Source of the DNA: Escherichia coli
GTDB lineage: Bacteria; Pseudomonadota; Gammaproteobacteria; Enterobacterales; Enterobacteriaceae
NCBI RefSeq assembly: GCF_029227855.1
Contig: NZ_CP074356.1
Strand: one strand, 5' to 3'
Length of the DNA: 64,000 nt
How positions within the stretch are numbered: position 1 is the first letter of the stretch; every line of letters starts with the position of its first letter. Shown piece after piece: positions 29,530 through 43,774 of this stretch. Under the pieces are notes generated by a model that worked only from the letters and a program-made list of their open reading frames with translations, did not search any database and was not told where the DNA came from. The position numbers and the translations under genes are program-made.

Positions 29530-29606
29530 GCATCCGTAGCTCAGCTGGATAGAGTACTCGGCTACGAACCGAGCGGTCGGAGGTTCGAATCCTCCCGGAT
29601 GCACCA
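29530..29606 (+). tRNA. argQ: tRNA-Arg (ACG), copy 4
   Basis: Same sequence as copy 1. Confidence 0.9.
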
Positions 29607-29753
29607 TCTTCTCCAAAAAATTTCCTTCAAAAATATCTCATTTCTAAATAACTACTTTATCCATTTCCTGAATTTTCTTCTCCTTCGCCATCAGCGACAA
29701 AATCAAGCAATTACGCTAAAGTAGCGTCATATTTTTCGACTTGCGAGAAGACC

Positions 29754-30320
29754 ATGTACGAGCGTTATGCAGGTTTAATTTTTGATATGGATGGCACCAT
29801 CCTGGATACCGAGCCTACGCACCGTAAAGCGTGGCGCGAAGTATTAGGGCACTACGGTCTTCAGTACGATGTTCAGGCGATGATTGCGCTTAATGGCTCG
29901 CCCACCTGGCGTATTGCTCAGGCGATTATTGAGCTGAATCAGGCCGATCTCGACCCGCATGCGTTAGCGCGTGAAAAAACAGAAGCAGTAAGAAGTATGC
30001 TGCTGGATAGTGTCGAGCCGCTTCCTCTTGTTGAAGTGGTGAAAAGCTGGCATGGTCGTCGCCCAATGGCTGTAGGAACGGGGAGTGAAAGCGCCATCGC
30101 TGAGGCATTGCTGGCGCACCTGGGATTACGCCGTTATTTTGACGCCGTCGTCGCTGCTGATCACGTCAAACACCATAAACCCGCGCCAGACACATTTTTG
30201 TTGTGCGCGCAGCGTATGGGCGTGCAACCGACACAGTGTGTGGTCTTTGAAGATGCCGATTTCGGTATTCAGGCGGCCCGTGCAGCAGGCATGGACGCTG
30301 TGGATGTTCGCTTGCTGTGA
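29754..30320 (+). CDS. yqaB: HAD-family sugar phosphatase
   Basis: 188 aa, DxDG HAD motif (FDMDGTILDT). Confidence 0.88.
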   Translation: MYERYAGLIFDMDGTILDTEPTHRKAWREVLGHYGLQYDVQAMIALNGSPTWRIAQAIIELNQADLDPHALAREKTEAVRSMLLDSVEPLPLVEVVKSWHGRRPMAVGTGSESAIAEALLAHLGLRRYFDAVVAADHVKHHKPAPDTFLLCAQRMGVQPTQCVVFEDADFGIQAARAAGMDAVDVRLL

Positions 30321-30745
30321 GTGAAGCATTATCGCTTTTCTCGTTGTTTGCCAGTAGTTTTCTCAGCGCTACACTATTACCCGGCAACTCCGAAGTCGTG
30401 CTGGTGGCAATGTTGCTTTCCGGGATCAGTCATCCCTGGGTTTTAGTTTTAACAGCAACAATGGGTAATAGCCTTGGAGGGTTAACTAACGTTATCCTTG
30501 GGCGTTTCTTTCCATTGCGTAAAACATCGCGCTGGCAAGAGAAAGCTACCGGCTGGCTGAAACGCTATGGTGCAGTCACGCTATTATTAAGCTGGATGCC
30601 CGTGGTTGGCGATTTACTGTGTCTGTTAGCGGGATGGATGCGCATCTCCTGGGGGCCGGTAATCTTTTTTTTGTGCCTTGGTAAAGCGTTACGCTATGTT
30701 GCAGTTGCAGCAGCGACCGTTCAGGGCATGATGTGGTGGCACTAA
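30317..30745 (+). CDS. yqaA: DedA/SNARE-associated family inner membrane protein
   Basis: 142 aa hydrophobic protein; overlaps yqaB stop. Confidence 0.85.
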   Translation: MSEALSLFSLFASSFLSATLLPGNSEVVLVAMLLSGISHPWVLVLTATMGNSLGGLTNVILGRFFPLRKTSRWQEKATGWLKRYGAVTLLLSWMPVVGDLLCLLAGWMRISWGPVIFFLCLGKALRYVAVAAATVQGMMWWH

Positions 30746-30790
30746 TTGTAGGCCTGCACATATGGTCACCATTACAGTTATGCTAATTAA

Positions 30791-32374
<1,584 letters not shown>

Positions 32375-32382
32375 CAGAAAAG

Positions 32383-32455
32383 AAAAAGGCCACTCGTGAG
32401 TGGCCAAAATTTCATCTCTGAATTCAGGGATGATGATAACAAATGCGCGTCTTTC
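32383..32455 (-). ncRNA. micA: MicA (SraD) Hfq-dependent sRNA
   Basis: Reverse complement reads gaaagacgcgcatttgttatcatcatccctgaattcagagatgaaattttggccactcacgagtggccttttt, ending in an intrinsic terminator. Confidence 0.85.
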
Positions 32456-32523
32456 ATATACTCAGACTCGCCTGGGAAGAAAGAGTTCAGAAAATTTTTA
32501 AAAAAATTACCGGAGGTGGCTAA

Positions 32524-33039
32524 ATGCCGTTGTTAGATAGCTTCACAGTCGATCATACCCGGATGGAAGCGCCTGCAGTTCGGGTGGCGAAAACAATGAA
32601 CACCCCGCATGGCGACGCAATCACCGTGTTCGATCTGCGCTTCTGCGTGCCGAACAAAGAAGTGATGCCAGAAAGAGGGATCCATACCCTGGAGCACCTG
32701 TTTGCTGGTTTTATGCGTAACCATCTTAACGGTAATGGTGTAGAGATTATCGATATCTCGCCAATGGGCTGCCGCACCGGTTTTTATATGAGTCTGATTG
32801 GTACGCCAGATGAGCAGCGTGTCGCTGATGCCTGGAAAGCGGCAATGGAAGACGTGCTGAAAGTGCAGGATCAGAATCAGATCCCGGAACTGAACGTCTA
32901 CCAGTGTGGCACTTACCAGATGCACTCGTTGCAGGAAGCGCAGGATATTGCGCGTAGCATTCTGGAACGTGACGTACGCATCAACAGCAACGAAGAACTG
33001 GCGCTGCCGAAAGAGAAGTTGCAGGAACTGCACATCTAG
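32524..33039 (+). CDS. luxS: S-ribosylhomocysteine lyase (AI-2 synthase)
   Basis: 171 aa, HxxEH metal motif (HTLEHLFAG). Confidence 0.96.
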
Positions 33040-33071
33040 TCAGTAAACTATCTTCACAATTAATTGAAAAA

Positions 33072-33093
33072 AGCCAGTTCAAATGAACTGGCT
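33072..33093. terminator. Hairpin (agccagttc-aaatg-aactggct) between convergent luxS and emrB; bidirectional terminator candidate
   Basis: 9-bp stem with flanking A/T runs. Confidence 0.55.
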
Positions 33094-33102
33094 TAGTTGT
33101 AC

Positions 33103-34641
33103 TTAGTGCGCACCGCCTCCGCCGCCACCTGCGCCAAATGGCGGTTTAGCAAACCACACCAGCCCCAGCAAGACGAGGAATATCCCGGCTGACATCCAGA
33201 AGATCTCATTGGCGGAAATAATCAGCCCCTGATTGGTGATCTGCTGGGCAATCCAGCCTGATGCCTGCTGTTGCGTCATCCCAAGCCCTTCCAGTTGACT
33301 ATACATCGCCTGGGCATTCGGGTTGAACGGGTTTACCGACTCAGTCAACTGCGCATGGTGCATCGACTCGCGGTTGGTCCACATGGTGGTGGTGATGGAT
33401 GTGCCGATAGACCCCGCCAGCGTTCGCGTAAAGTTAGAGAGGCTCGATGCCGCCGCCAGTCGTTCCGGTGGCAAACCAGACAGCGTAATGGTGGTCAGCG
33501 GCATAAAGAAGCAGGCCACCGCAAAACCCTGGATAAACTGCGGCCAGGCCGACGCGCCAAAATCCATACCTGGTTCAAAGGTATAGGCACGCCAGTAGAA
33601 GCAGACGGCATACATAATAAAGCTGAAGGTTACCAGCCGCCGCATATCCAGTTTGTGCGCGAAGCGGCCGATAATCGGCGACAGGATCACCGGAATAATC
33701 CCTACCGGCGCAGAGGCCAAACCTGCCCAGGTCGCCGTGTAACCGTAGACCTCCTGCAACAACTGCGGCAGCAGAACAATCGCGCCGAAGTAGAGCATAT
33801 ACGCGAGGCTGATACACAAGCAGCCGATGGTGAAGTTGCGCGACTTAAACAACGACAGATCGACTATCGGGTTATCGTCGGTCAGCTCCCAGACAATCAG
33901 GAAGCAGATAGCCACCACCGCCACCACGGTAAGGATGATAATTTCCTGTGATGAAAACCAGTCCAGCTCTTTACCGCGGTCGAGCATAATCTGCAGGCTG
34001 CCTATACCAATAACCAGCAGTGCCAGCCCCACGGCATCAATCCGCCGCCGTTCGGTGCGGGTTTCGCGTCCGCGCAGGGTTTGCAGTGTCATCAACACCA
34101 CCGCCACGCCAATTGGCACGTTGATGAAGAATATCCAGCCCCAGTGGTAATTATCGCTGATATAACCGCCGAGGATCGGGCCGCAAATTGGCGCGACAAT
34201 CACCGTCATCGACCACAACGCCAGCGCGATCGAGCGTTTGGCTGGCGGGTAGTTATTCAGCAATAGACTTTGCGAAAGCGGGATCAACGGTCCGGCGACA
34301 ATCCCCTGAATCACGCGGAAGAAGATCAGCATATTCAGGCTGCTGGAGACACCACACGCCCACGACGCAATAGCAAAGGCGATGGTTGACCAGAGGAACA
34401 GTTTCACTTCCCCGACGCGCTTTGCCAGCCAGCCGGTAAGCGGGATCGAGATGGCATTCGCTACCCCGAAGGAAGTGATTACCCACGTTCCCTGGCTGAG
34501 CGATGAGCCCAGATTCCCGGCGATAGTGGGGATCGCCACGTTAGCAATGGTGGAGTCCAGCACCTGCATGAATGTCGCCAGTGACAGCGCAATCGTCATA
34601 ATGACCAGTTGCGCGCCTTCCAGCGGTTTTTGCTGTTGCAT
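33103..34641 (-). CDS. emrB: Multidrug efflux MFS transporter permease EmrB
   Basis: 14-TMS MFS; start chosen at MQQQKPLEGA. Confidence 0.93.
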   Translation of the reverse strand: MQQQKPLEGAQLVIMTIALSLATFMQVLDSTIANVAIPTIAGNLGSSLSQGTWVITSFGVANAISIPLTGWLAKRVGEVKLFLWSTIAFAIASWACGVSSSLNMLIFFRVIQGIVAGPLIPLSQSLLLNNYPPAKRSIALALWSMTVIVAPICGPILGGYISDNYHWGWIFFINVPIGVAVVLMTLQTLRGRETRTERRRIDAVGLALLVIGIGSLQIMLDRGKELDWFSSQEIIILTVVAVVAICFLIVWELTDDNPIVDLSLFKSRNFTIGCLCISLAYMLYFGAIVLLPQLLQEVYGYTATWAGLASAPVGIIPVILSPIIGRFAHKLDMRRLVTFSFIMYAVCFYWRAYTFEPGMDFGASAWPQFIQGFAVACFFMPLTTITLSGLPPERLAAASSLSNFTRTLAGSIGTSITTTMWTNRESMHHAQLTESVNPFNPNAQAMYSQLEGLGMTQQQASGWIAQQITNQGLIISANEIFWMSAGIFLVLLGLVWFAKPPFGAGGGGGGAH

Positions 34642-34657
34642 CACACGCACCTCTGGA

Positions 34658-35830
34658 TTAGCCAGCGTTAGCTTTTACGATATCGTCGATCAGTTTATTG
34701 ACAGGTGCCAGGCTGATTTCACGCGCGGTGCTTACCGCTACCGGTGTGGAACGTACTTTATTTGCCAGTACCTGACCGTCACGGTTAGTGGTATTGACGC
34801 TCACCAGCGTGGACAAACCGATACGCAGCGGGTATTGCTCGAGCTGTTTCTGGTCCAGTTCAATACGAACAGGCAGACGCTGAACGACTTTGATCCAGTT
34901 ACCGGTAGCATTTTGCGCCGGAAGCAGTGAGAACGCGCTACCTGTGCCCATATCCAGACCAACCACTTTACCGGTGTATTTCACATCATCGCCGTAAATA
35001 TCGGTGGTGATAGTGACCGGCTGACCGATACGCATATTGGCAATCTGCGTCTCTTTAAAGTTGGCATCCACCCACATATTGGTGGCTGGAACGACCGCCA
35101 TCAGCGGCGTCGTTGGGCTAATTTGTGCCCCAGGCTGTACCGCGCGGCGGGAGACATAACCGGTCATCGGACTGACAATACGAGTACGCTCCAGCGCCAG
35201 CCAGGCGTTACGTACTTCGGTGGCAGCCTGTTGCACGGCAGGCTGATCTTCCAGTTTAGTCCCCAGAATCATCGCCTGATTGGCATTGTATTGTTGAATA
35301 GCGACGTCCAGTTGTGCCTGGGCACTGGTGACGGCGTCGCGGGCGTGTTGCAGCTCTTCGCGACCAATCAGGTTGGCATTGCCCAGCGGCACACGGCGGT
35401 TGTAGTCGCTTTGTGCTTTCGCGAGGGCGATTTTTTGCACCTCAATATTCGCCTGCAACTGTTTGCTGTTAATCATCAGCTGGTGGGTTTGGCGAACGCT
35501 TGAAGCCAGTGCAGTTTTGGCTTTTTCAAACGCCTGGCGAGCATCTGTCGGGTCGAGAGTGACCAGCACGTCGCCTTCTTTTACAAAATCGGTGTTATCG
35601 GCCCAGACTTTCGTCACGCTGCCAGACACCTGAGACATAATTTGAATCTGATTCCCTGCCACGTATGCGTCATCGGTTTCTTCGAAATGACGCAGTACTA
35701 AAAACCAATAAATCCCTATCGCTACGGCAATAATTATAAAGAGCAAGGTGAGAAGGAGGAGCAGACGCTTACGTTTGCCGCTCTTCTTTACCGGTTGCTG
35801 CGGGGTTTGAGTCTCCGCATTTGCGCTCAT
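34658..35830 (-). CDS. emrA: Multidrug efflux membrane fusion protein EmrA
   Basis: HlyD-family adaptor; start chosen at MSANAETQ. Confidence 0.93.
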   Translation of the reverse strand: MSANAETQTPQQPVKKSGKRKRLLLLLTLLFIIIAVAIGIYWFLVLRHFEETDDAYVAGNQIQIMSQVSGSVTKVWADNTDFVKEGDVLVTLDPTDARQAFEKAKTALASSVRQTHQLMINSKQLQANIEVQKIALAKAQSDYNRRVPLGNANLIGREELQHARDAVTSAQAQLDVAIQQYNANQAMILGTKLEDQPAVQQAATEVRNAWLALERTRIVSPMTGYVSRRAVQPGAQISPTTPLMAVVPATNMWVDANFKETQIANMRIGQPVTITTDIYGDDVKYTGKVVGLDMGTGSAFSLLPAQNATGNWIKVVQRLPVRIELDQKQLEQYPLRIGLSTLVSVNTTNRDGQVLANKVRSTPVAVSTAREISLAPVNKLIDDIVKANAG

Positions 35831-35956
35831 ATTGTTCTCCACGATCTTCTTAACTCATCGGCTGAGCCGACCTGCTTGCCAAAAAGGCCAGCATGTTGCG
35901 ATGCTGGCCAGTCATTTTTTCTTTTATAAATCTGGATTTTTGAGCGAGATGACGCG

Positions 35957-36487
35957 TTAGCTCATCGCTTCGAGAACCACACCGTCTTGTTCCATCTGGT
36001 CGAGACGGGAGAGCAATTTGCGGGTGATTTGCTCGAGCTGATCTTTTTCTGTTGTGCTGAGCGCGGACCAGAGTTGATGCAGGCAGTTATGCTGCGGTGG
36101 TAAAACCTCGCGCAAAAACTCGTGACCTTTTTCCGTTAATTGCAGATGCAGGCAGCGGCGATCGTTATCGCTTTCACGACGTTCGATCCAACCGCGTTTT
36201 TCCAGTTCATCGGCAATACGCGTCGCGTTGGTACGGGATGATCCAAGAGCACAACTCAATTCAGAAGGCTGAATACTGTGGTTTTCCTGAGACTCCAGCG
36301 TAATCAACGCCATAAACAACGTCTCGTTAATCCCCTGAGCCTTCAGCATTTTATTGCGGTTCTCCAGCAGCTTGCTTTGCATGTGCATGCAAAGACGAGT
36401 CAGAAGGATCTCCTGATAAGGAAAATCTTCGTGGCGGCTGGCGCGAAATTTTAGCATTTGTTCAATGGGCGTAAACGAACTATCCAT
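35957..36487 (-). CDS. mprA: MarR-family repressor of emrAB
   Basis: 176 aa winged-helix MarR protein upstream of emrA. Confidence 0.92.
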
Positions 36488-36577
36488 TTGGGTATGACCT
36501 CATTAATTTCAGCCGATATAGTAACGACAGTGACAAATAAAGTAAATGTATTGTTTTAGAAAAATGATTCTTGTGGG

Positions 36578-36913
36578 TTATATAATCGCCATCACTTTCC
36601 AGGCGAGCCCATAGGCCAGCGCACTAAGCAGTGTTGGGATGATAATGCTGCGTGTTTTATAGAAACTGGCACCCAGTACCGCGAAGCCGACCAGTGTGGG
36701 CACGAAACGGCGTGTATCGTGCATCACTTCTGGTGCGGTAGAAACAACCAGCAGAGCGCATATCGAGGCGATGCCAATGGTGTCGAGCAAAATACCTACC
36801 GCGCCACGTTTGGTTGGGCGGGCATTACCCACACGCAGGCGCAGCGGCAAATAGCGGAAGCAATAATTCGCCGCGCCAACCAGTAACCCAAGCAGCAGAA
36901 CCTCATAGCTCAT
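36578..36913 (-). CDS. ygaH: L-valine exporter small subunit
   Basis: 111 aa AzlD-like membrane protein. Confidence 0.88.
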   Translation of the reverse strand: MSYEVLLLGLLVGAANYCFRYLPLRLRVGNARPTKRGAVGILLDTIGIASICALLVVSTAPEVMHDTRRFVPTLVGFAVLGASFYKTRSIIIPTLLSALAYGLAWKVMAII

Positions 36914-37640
36914 CGGGCGCTCCTTGCCAGAATGCCTGGATTAACGCAGTGAGGCAGCCACAGACAATGCCTGCCAGAATGGCGACGGGAATAGAAAATA
37001 GCGTTACGCCTGCAAGGGCACCAACTAACGCTGCGGTAACGCAAAGAGATTGTTTGCGCTGGAAAGAGGCGAGCAGGAAACTCATAAAGAGTGCCGGAAG
37101 CATAAAACCTAATGCTGCTTCAACGGCGGGATATCCTTGCAGCAAGCCGCTGCCGGAGAATGCCCCTATTACCGTACCAAATACCCACGATGACCATGAA
37201 CTGAAGGCAATGCCGATCATCCAGTTCTCGCTCCAGCGGCGATTATTGTGTACCAGTTTTGCGGTTGCGGCGGCAAAAACCTCATCCGTCAGGCCAAATG
37301 CCCACAGGGCGGTTTTCGATTTTTGCAGACGCTGAATAATACGGCTACGCAGTGACGGGCCATACAAAACATGGCGAACATCCATTGCCATGACGGTCAG
37401 TGCAGCAACCCACAAACTACTCCCGGCTGCCAGCATCGCGGTAATGACGAACTGGCTCGCGCCTGCATAAATGATGCAGGAGAAAAAAACGCTTTCGAGA
37501 GGAGAGAATCCCAGACGGGTCGCATTCAGACCGAACGCAAAGGCCACCGGAATATAACTAATAACAATCGGTAAACTGTCTTTGCATCCTTCCATGAAGG
37601 TCGCCGAACCAGGAGCAGGCTGTGGAGTAGGGCTTTCCAT
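36903..37640 (-). CDS. ygaZ: L-valine exporter large subunit
   Basis: 245 aa AzlC-like membrane protein; overlaps ygaH start. Confidence 0.88.
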   Translation of the reverse strand: MESPTPQPAPGSATFMEGCKDSLPIVISYIPVAFAFGLNATRLGFSPLESVFFSCIIYAGASQFVITAMLAAGSSLWVAALTVMAMDVRHVLYGPSLRSRIIQRLQKSKTALWAFGLTDEVFAAATAKLVHNNRRWSENWMIGIAFSSWSSWVFGTVIGAFSGSGLLQGYPAVEAALGFMLPALFMSFLLASFQRKQSLCVTAALVGALAGVTLFSIPVAILAGIVCGCLTALIQAFWQGAPDEL

Positions 37641-37763
37641 AGAGTGTACGCTTAACGATTGTTAATATTATAAATAGACTGAATGAATATCTTAACCTTA
37701 TCAGACTGATGGGCTTCTTAACACCCTTATAAGTGTAAAGCCACGAAAACGGTTGCTGATTGC

Positions 37764-38948
37764 TTAATTTGCGGCTTCCTGACGATGAAAACCTCGCCAC
37801 CAGACCAGTAAGTTAACCAGGGCAATCGTCGCGCCAGCCAGACAAACGCCAGCCCAACCGCCATGTTGCCAGGCTGAGGCTGAAATTAGCGAACCGGCGG
37901 CACCGCCAATAAAGTAGCTGGTCATGTAACCTGCGGTCAGGCGATTACGCGCATCAGGGTGTATTCGATAAATTACCGTCTGGTTAGTGATATGCACGCC
38001 CTGCACGGTGAGATCCAGCACCAGGATGCCGATAATCAAGGCCAGTACGGAAGTGTGGCCAAACCAGATCGCCAGCCATGAAAGTAATAGCAGCAGCAGA
38101 CCGAAAGTAGTGGTGTGGTGCGATTTACCCTTATCGGCAAAACCGCCCGCCGGACGAGCACCCAACGCTCCGGCAGCTCCCGCAAGTCCAAACAGACCAA
38201 TTACACCATCGCTGTAGTTAAAAGGTGGAGCGGCAAGCAAAAAGGCCATTGAGGTCCAGAGAATGCTGAAGTTGGCAAAGGTCAGGCAGCCCAGCAACGC
38301 GCGGGTGCGCAGAATTTTATCGCTGATAAACATGCTGAAAACGGAACCAAGCAACTGTGGGTAGTTGAGGTGGGTTTCTGATTTCATTTGTGGCAGACCA
38401 CGCCATAATGCCAGCGCCATCAGTGCCATTAACACCGAGGCAACCCAAAAGACGGTGCGCCAGCCGCCGAGGTTTGCCAGCAACCCGGCAACGGTTCGTG
38501 CCAGCAAGATCCCCAACAGCAGCCCGCTCATAATGGTGCCGACCACTTTGCCGCGTTTATCCGGTGAAGCCAGCGTCGCTGCCAGCGGAACCAGAATTTG
38601 TGCCACGACTGAGAATAAACCGGTTAATGCCGTACCGAGGATCATCATCGCCAGTGACTGACTGCTGGCAGTGATTAACATACCGCCCGCTGCCAGTAAG
38701 GTCATCGAGACAATCAGGCGGCGGCGTTCAAACATATCACCGAGGGGAACAAGAAACAGCAGACCTGCGGCATAGCCCAACTGCGCGGCGGTAACAATAA
38801 AGCCCGCCGAACTGGCGGAAAGGGAAAAGTTACGCGCAATGGTGTCGAGCAATGGCTGGGCGTAATAGTTGCTGGCGACCGCCAGACCGGTGGCGATAGA
38901 CATCAGTACGATCAGTGCCGGGCTAAGCTCATGATTAGGTTTAGTCAT
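37764..38948 (-). CDS. ygaY: MFS transporter (ygaY ortholog, apparently intact)
   Basis: 394 aa uninterrupted 12-TMS-like ORF at the ygaY position between ygaZ and proX. Confidence 0.8.
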   Translation of the reverse strand: MTKPNHELSPALIVLMSIATGLAVASNYYAQPLLDTIARNFSLSASSAGFIVTAAQLGYAAGLLFLVPLGDMFERRRLIVSMTLLAAGGMLITASSQSLAMMILGTALTGLFSVVAQILVPLAATLASPDKRGKVVGTIMSGLLLGILLARTVAGLLANLGGWRTVFWVASVLMALMALALWRGLPQMKSETHLNYPQLLGSVFSMFISDKILRTRALLGCLTFANFSILWTSMAFLLAAPPFNYSDGVIGLFGLAGAAGALGARPAGGFADKGKSHHTTTFGLLLLLLSWLAIWFGHTSVLALIIGILVLDLTVQGVHITNQTVIYRIHPDARNRLTAGYMTSYFIGGAAGSLISASAWQHGGWAGVCLAGATIALVNLLVWWRGFHRQEAAN

Positions 38949-39048
38949 TATTTTTGTTCATCAGGTGATGATTAAGCTGGAAATCAATAATAGCGGATGT
39001 TGATGAATATGGGATGAAAGATAGCTTGTTGAAATGTGCGGTGTGGTT

Positions 39049-39129
39049 TGTAGGCATGATAAGACGCGCCAGCGTCGCATCAGGCATTGTATACAGAGTG
39101 GCGGATGCGGCGAAAACACCTTATCCGCC
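39049..39129. repeat. BIME: two REP elements in inverted orientation
   Basis: First REP is the reverse complement of the canonical gcctgatgcgacgctggcgcgtcttatcatgcctac; second is gcggatgcggcgaaaacaccttatccgc. Confidence 0.7.
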
Positions 39130-39139
39130 CGAATAAAAA

Positions 39140-40132
39140 TTACTTCTGTGCTGCCAGCGCCTCATTCACCCAGCCATCGAACTGCTGCTGGTGGGCTTTG
39201 ATCCAGCCATCAACGTGGCCCTGAATATCGCCTTCTGAGGCTTTGCCGTCATGCATAATGGCGTTCTGGGCGTTAATATCTGCCACTGGTAACTGCATAA
39301 TGGCGAACAGTTTGGCTGCTGCCGGGTTTTTCTCGGCCCAGGCTTTGTTAGCAACGATATGCATGGTGCTGACCGGGAAGCCGTAATTCGCGCCATTCGG
39401 TAGTTTGGTATCGGCATTTTTATCGCCCGGCAGTGCAGAGAACGGCACCTGCAACCAGACGACATCTTTGCCCGGCTTCAGTTCGTTACTCACCCAGTAC
39501 GGCGTCCAGGTGTAGTAAAACACCGGCTTACCCTCTTTGTAACGACTGATGGTGTCAGCCATCATCGCTGCGTAGTTCCCCTGATTATGCGTCACGGTAT
39601 TGGTCAGTTCATACGCAGCAAGCTGGTGGTTGATCGCACCTTCGCAGCCCCAGCCTGGGTTACAGCCGGTTAAATCCGCTTTACCGTCGCCGTTGGTATC
39701 GAACAGTTTGGCGATCTTCGGATCTTTAAGTTGCGCGATGTTGGTAATTTTGTACTGGTCGGCAGTTTTCTTATCGATCAGGTAACCTTGTGCCGCGCCG
39801 TTAACAAATACTCCTTCACGATAAAATTTCTTATCGCCACCGGCAGCTTCGTACATGTTGTCATGCAGCGGCGTCCAGTTCACGGCGGTGAAGGTTGCAT
39901 CGCCGGAAGCAAGCGAGGTGTAGCCAACGTTGTAATCCACTTCGCTGGGTTTATTGACGGTATAACCTAATTTCTCCAGTGCACGACTGACCAGCAGCGT
40001 CTGGAAGGTTTCTTCAGTGATGGTGCTCTGAACTGGATTAACAGTAATGCCTTTGCCCGGCAGATCGGCAGCAAAAGTTTGTGTAGAGATAAGCGTGGCA
40101 AACGCTGTCGCAAAAAGTACGCTATGTCGCAT
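39140..40132 (-). CDS. proX: Glycine betaine/proline ABC transporter periplasmic binding protein
   Basis: Recognised ProX; start chosen at [11 protein letters not shown] (signal peptide). Confidence 0.93.
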
Positions 40133-40189
40133 TGTTATTCCTTTTTTTGGCAGGGTGATAATGCCCGGCGTCACCGGGCAAGTGCAGAG

Positions 40190-41254
40190 TTACTTAATGA
40201 ATGGGCGGGTCAGCAAACCAACAGGGCCAGTGGTGTACCAGCGACGGTTGCCGCGACTGCGTGAGTCGCGCCCAACGGCCTGCGTCAGGCGGTCGAGGAT
40301 AATGGCGAGGATCACAATCCCGACGCCGCCAACGGTGGCAAGCCCCATATCCAGACGACCGATACCGCGAAGTACCATCTGACCCAGCCCGCCGACTGCA
40401 ATCATCGAGGCGATGACCACCATAGAAAGGGCCAGCATCAGCGTCTGGTTAACGCCCGCCATAATGGTCGGCATCGCCAGCGGTAACTGAACTTTGAACA
40501 GCATCTGGCGCGGGCTGGCACCGAATGAGCGCGAGGCTTCAATCAGATCCGCCGGAACCTGGTTAATCCCCAGAATTGTCAGACGGATAATCGGCGGCAG
40601 AGCAAAGATGATCGTCACCACTACGCCCGGCACGTTACCGATACCAAACAGCATGACGATTGGTACCAGATAAACAAACGCTGGCGTGGTCTGCATGGCA
40701 TCAAGCAGTGGACGAATAATTTTCGCCGCTCGTGGACTTCTCGCCAGCCAGATCCCCAACGGCAAACCGATGACGATACAGAACAGCAGGGCGGTTAGCA
40801 CCAGCGCCAGAGTAACCATTGCCTGTGACCAGGCACCGATTGCGCCGATGGCAATCAGCGAAACCAGCGTCGCCACGCCCATTCCGACACCGGAAATTTG
40901 CCAGGCGATGAGAGCGAAAACGATAATCGCCACCGGAGCGGGCATACCCAGCAGCAATTGCTGGAAACCGTTGAGGATGTAATCAACCGGAACGCGCACG
41001 CCCTGGAAGACGGGACGGAAATGGGTAACGACCCAGTCGATCCCTTCAGTGACCCAACTGTCGAGCGGGATCAGCGTTTTATGGAACGGATCGAGAATAT
41101 TAAAATGCTCGACGTTTGGCGCTGGCGTACTGGTCAGCCAGTCAGCACCACCGCCGTCAGTCGGTGCAGTCGCCGGTGTACCCCAGGCGTCTGCGGACTG
41201 TGCGGCACTGTCCGCCGCTGGCGTGGTATCCCACGGATTATTTTGATCAGCCAT
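40190..41254 (-). CDS. proW: Glycine betaine/proline ABC transporter permease
   Basis: 354 aa, recognised. Confidence 0.93.
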   Translation of the reverse strand: MADQNNPWDTTPAADSAAQSADAWGTPATAPTDGGGADWLTSTPAPNVEHFNILDPFHKTLIPLDSWVTEGIDWVVTHFRPVFQGVRVPVDYILNGFQQLLLGMPAPVAIIVFALIAWQISGVGMGVATLVSLIAIGAIGAWSQAMVTLALVLTALLFCIVIGLPLGIWLARSPRAAKIIRPLLDAMQTTPAFVYLVPIVMLFGIGNVPGVVVTIIFALPPIIRLTILGINQVPADLIEASRSFGASPRQMLFKVQLPLAMPTIMAGVNQTLMLALSMVVIASMIAVGGLGQMVLRGIGRLDMGLATVGGVGIVILAIILDRLTQAVGRDSRSRGNRRWYTTGPVGLLTRPFIK

Positions 41255-42449
41255 TATTTACCCCCTCACGATCTAAAGCGCGCAGCAGCATTCCTTTCGA
41301 AATGATGCCGACATACTGTTGGTCCTCGTCGACCACGGGCACCGCACAGGGGGCCTGTCCGACATGAGAGAGCAACTCGCTAAGAGGCGTTTGTGCATCG
41401 ACCGCTAACGGCGCATCAATCAGCGCCGCATCAAGACCTTGCTGCTGCGTTAACGCGGCTTTAAGCGAATCGATAGACACAGCGCCGACAAACTTATTAC
41501 CGCGTTCGATGACGTAGCCATATTCGCGATCTTCATCCTGCAATAATTTCAGTGCCGAACGCGGGCCGAAGCCGGGGGTTTTACGAATTAAGCCGTTCGG
41601 TGTACGACGGGCAATATCTTTCGCACTGAACACCTGGCTAATATCGACGCCACGGAAGAAGGTACGGACATAATCATTCGCCGGATTATTAAGAATTTCA
41701 TCCGGTGTACCAACCTGCACCACTTCACCATTTTGCATAATGGCAATTCGGTCGCCAATACGCATGGCTTCATCGAGATCGTGGGAAATAAAGACAATGG
41801 TGCGCTGATGTTTCGCCTGTAATTTTACCAGCTCATCCTGCATCTCGGTGCGAATTAATGGATCGAGCGCCGAGAAGGCTTCGTCCATTAATAATATATC
41901 CGGATTAATCGCTAACGCGCGGGCTAATCCCACACGTTGACGCATCCCGCCAGAGAGTTCATCCGGGTAGCTGTGGGCATAATTTTCCAGCCCGACCTGA
42001 CGCAGTGCATCAAGGGCTTTTTCCCGGCGTTCTTCGGCATTAATTCCGGCCAATTCCATACCGAACGCAGTATTGTCCAGCACGGTCATATGCGGCATTA
42101 AGGCAAAGGACTGGAAGACCATCGCAATCTTTTTTCTGCGCACCTCACGGAGTTCGGCGTCGGATATTTTGGCAATATCCACACCATCAATCAGCACTTG
42201 CCCGCGGGTGGGTTCAATCAGGCGATTGAGAAGGCGTACCATTGTGGATTTACCCGAACCGGATAATCCCATGATGACAAATATCTCGCCTTCTTCAATG
42301 GCCAGACTGGCGTCTTTTACGCCAAGCGATAGCCCAGTTTTTTCCAGAATTTGTTCTTTTGAAAGTCCTTGTTCGATATATTTGAAAGCTCGCTGTGGAT
42401 GCTCACCAAATATTTTATAAAGATTTTTAATTTCTAATTTAATTGCCAT
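41247..42449 (-). CDS. proV: Glycine betaine/proline ABC transporter ATPase
   Basis: 400 aa, Walker [11 protein letters not shown]-terminal CBS domains. Confidence 0.95.
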   Translation of the reverse strand: MAIKLEIKNLYKIFGEHPQRAFKYIEQGLSKEQILEKTGLSLGVKDASLAIEEGEIFVIMGLSGSGKSTMVRLLNRLIEPTRGQVLIDGVDIAKISDAELREVRRKKIAMVFQSFALMPHMTVLDNTAFGMELAGINAEERREKALDALRQVGLENYAHSYPDELSGGMRQRVGLARALAINPDILLMDEAFSALDPLIRTEMQDELVKLQAKHQRTIVFISHDLDEAMRIGDRIAIMQNGEVVQVGTPDEILNNPANDYVRTFFRGVDISQVFSAKDIARRTPNGLIRKTPGFGPRSALKLLQDEDREYGYVIERGNKFVGAVSIDSLKAALTQQQGLDAALIDAPLAVDAQTPLSELLSHVGQAPCAVPVVDEDQQYVGIISKGMLLRALDREGVNNG

Positions 42450-42805
42450 GCAATAGAAAGATTCCTGTTATTTGTTTATGTCGATACATTACCCAATGGA
42501 AATAGTCACTTTTTTCTACCCTAACATACTGAGAATCTGTGGCAACCCCTGATGGCAAATGTGGCATGAATATTGATGTGAGCAAATCGCCGGAATTTCC
42601 CATGATATAAGGGCTGAGAGCAAATCGAGAAAAGTTGATATTTTTTGTCAAAGATAGCGAAAAAACGCCTGAATATTGTGGTTTCAGGCGAATAATGCAA
42701 CAGAGTGTCAGTGTAGATCACCACAAAATATTTGCGTGATAAAAAGCTATTTGGCGGAAATTATTTCCCTGCTGCGGGTAGTGATATTTTTGAAAAATAA
42801 CACCC

Positions 42806-43774
<969 letters not shown>

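Noticed and set aside
28841-29606. tRNA cluster with repeated spacers as a possible CRISPR-like array
   Set aside because: The repeats are complete tRNA genes with cloverleaf structure and CCA ends, the spacers are themselves repeated, and no cas genes are present.
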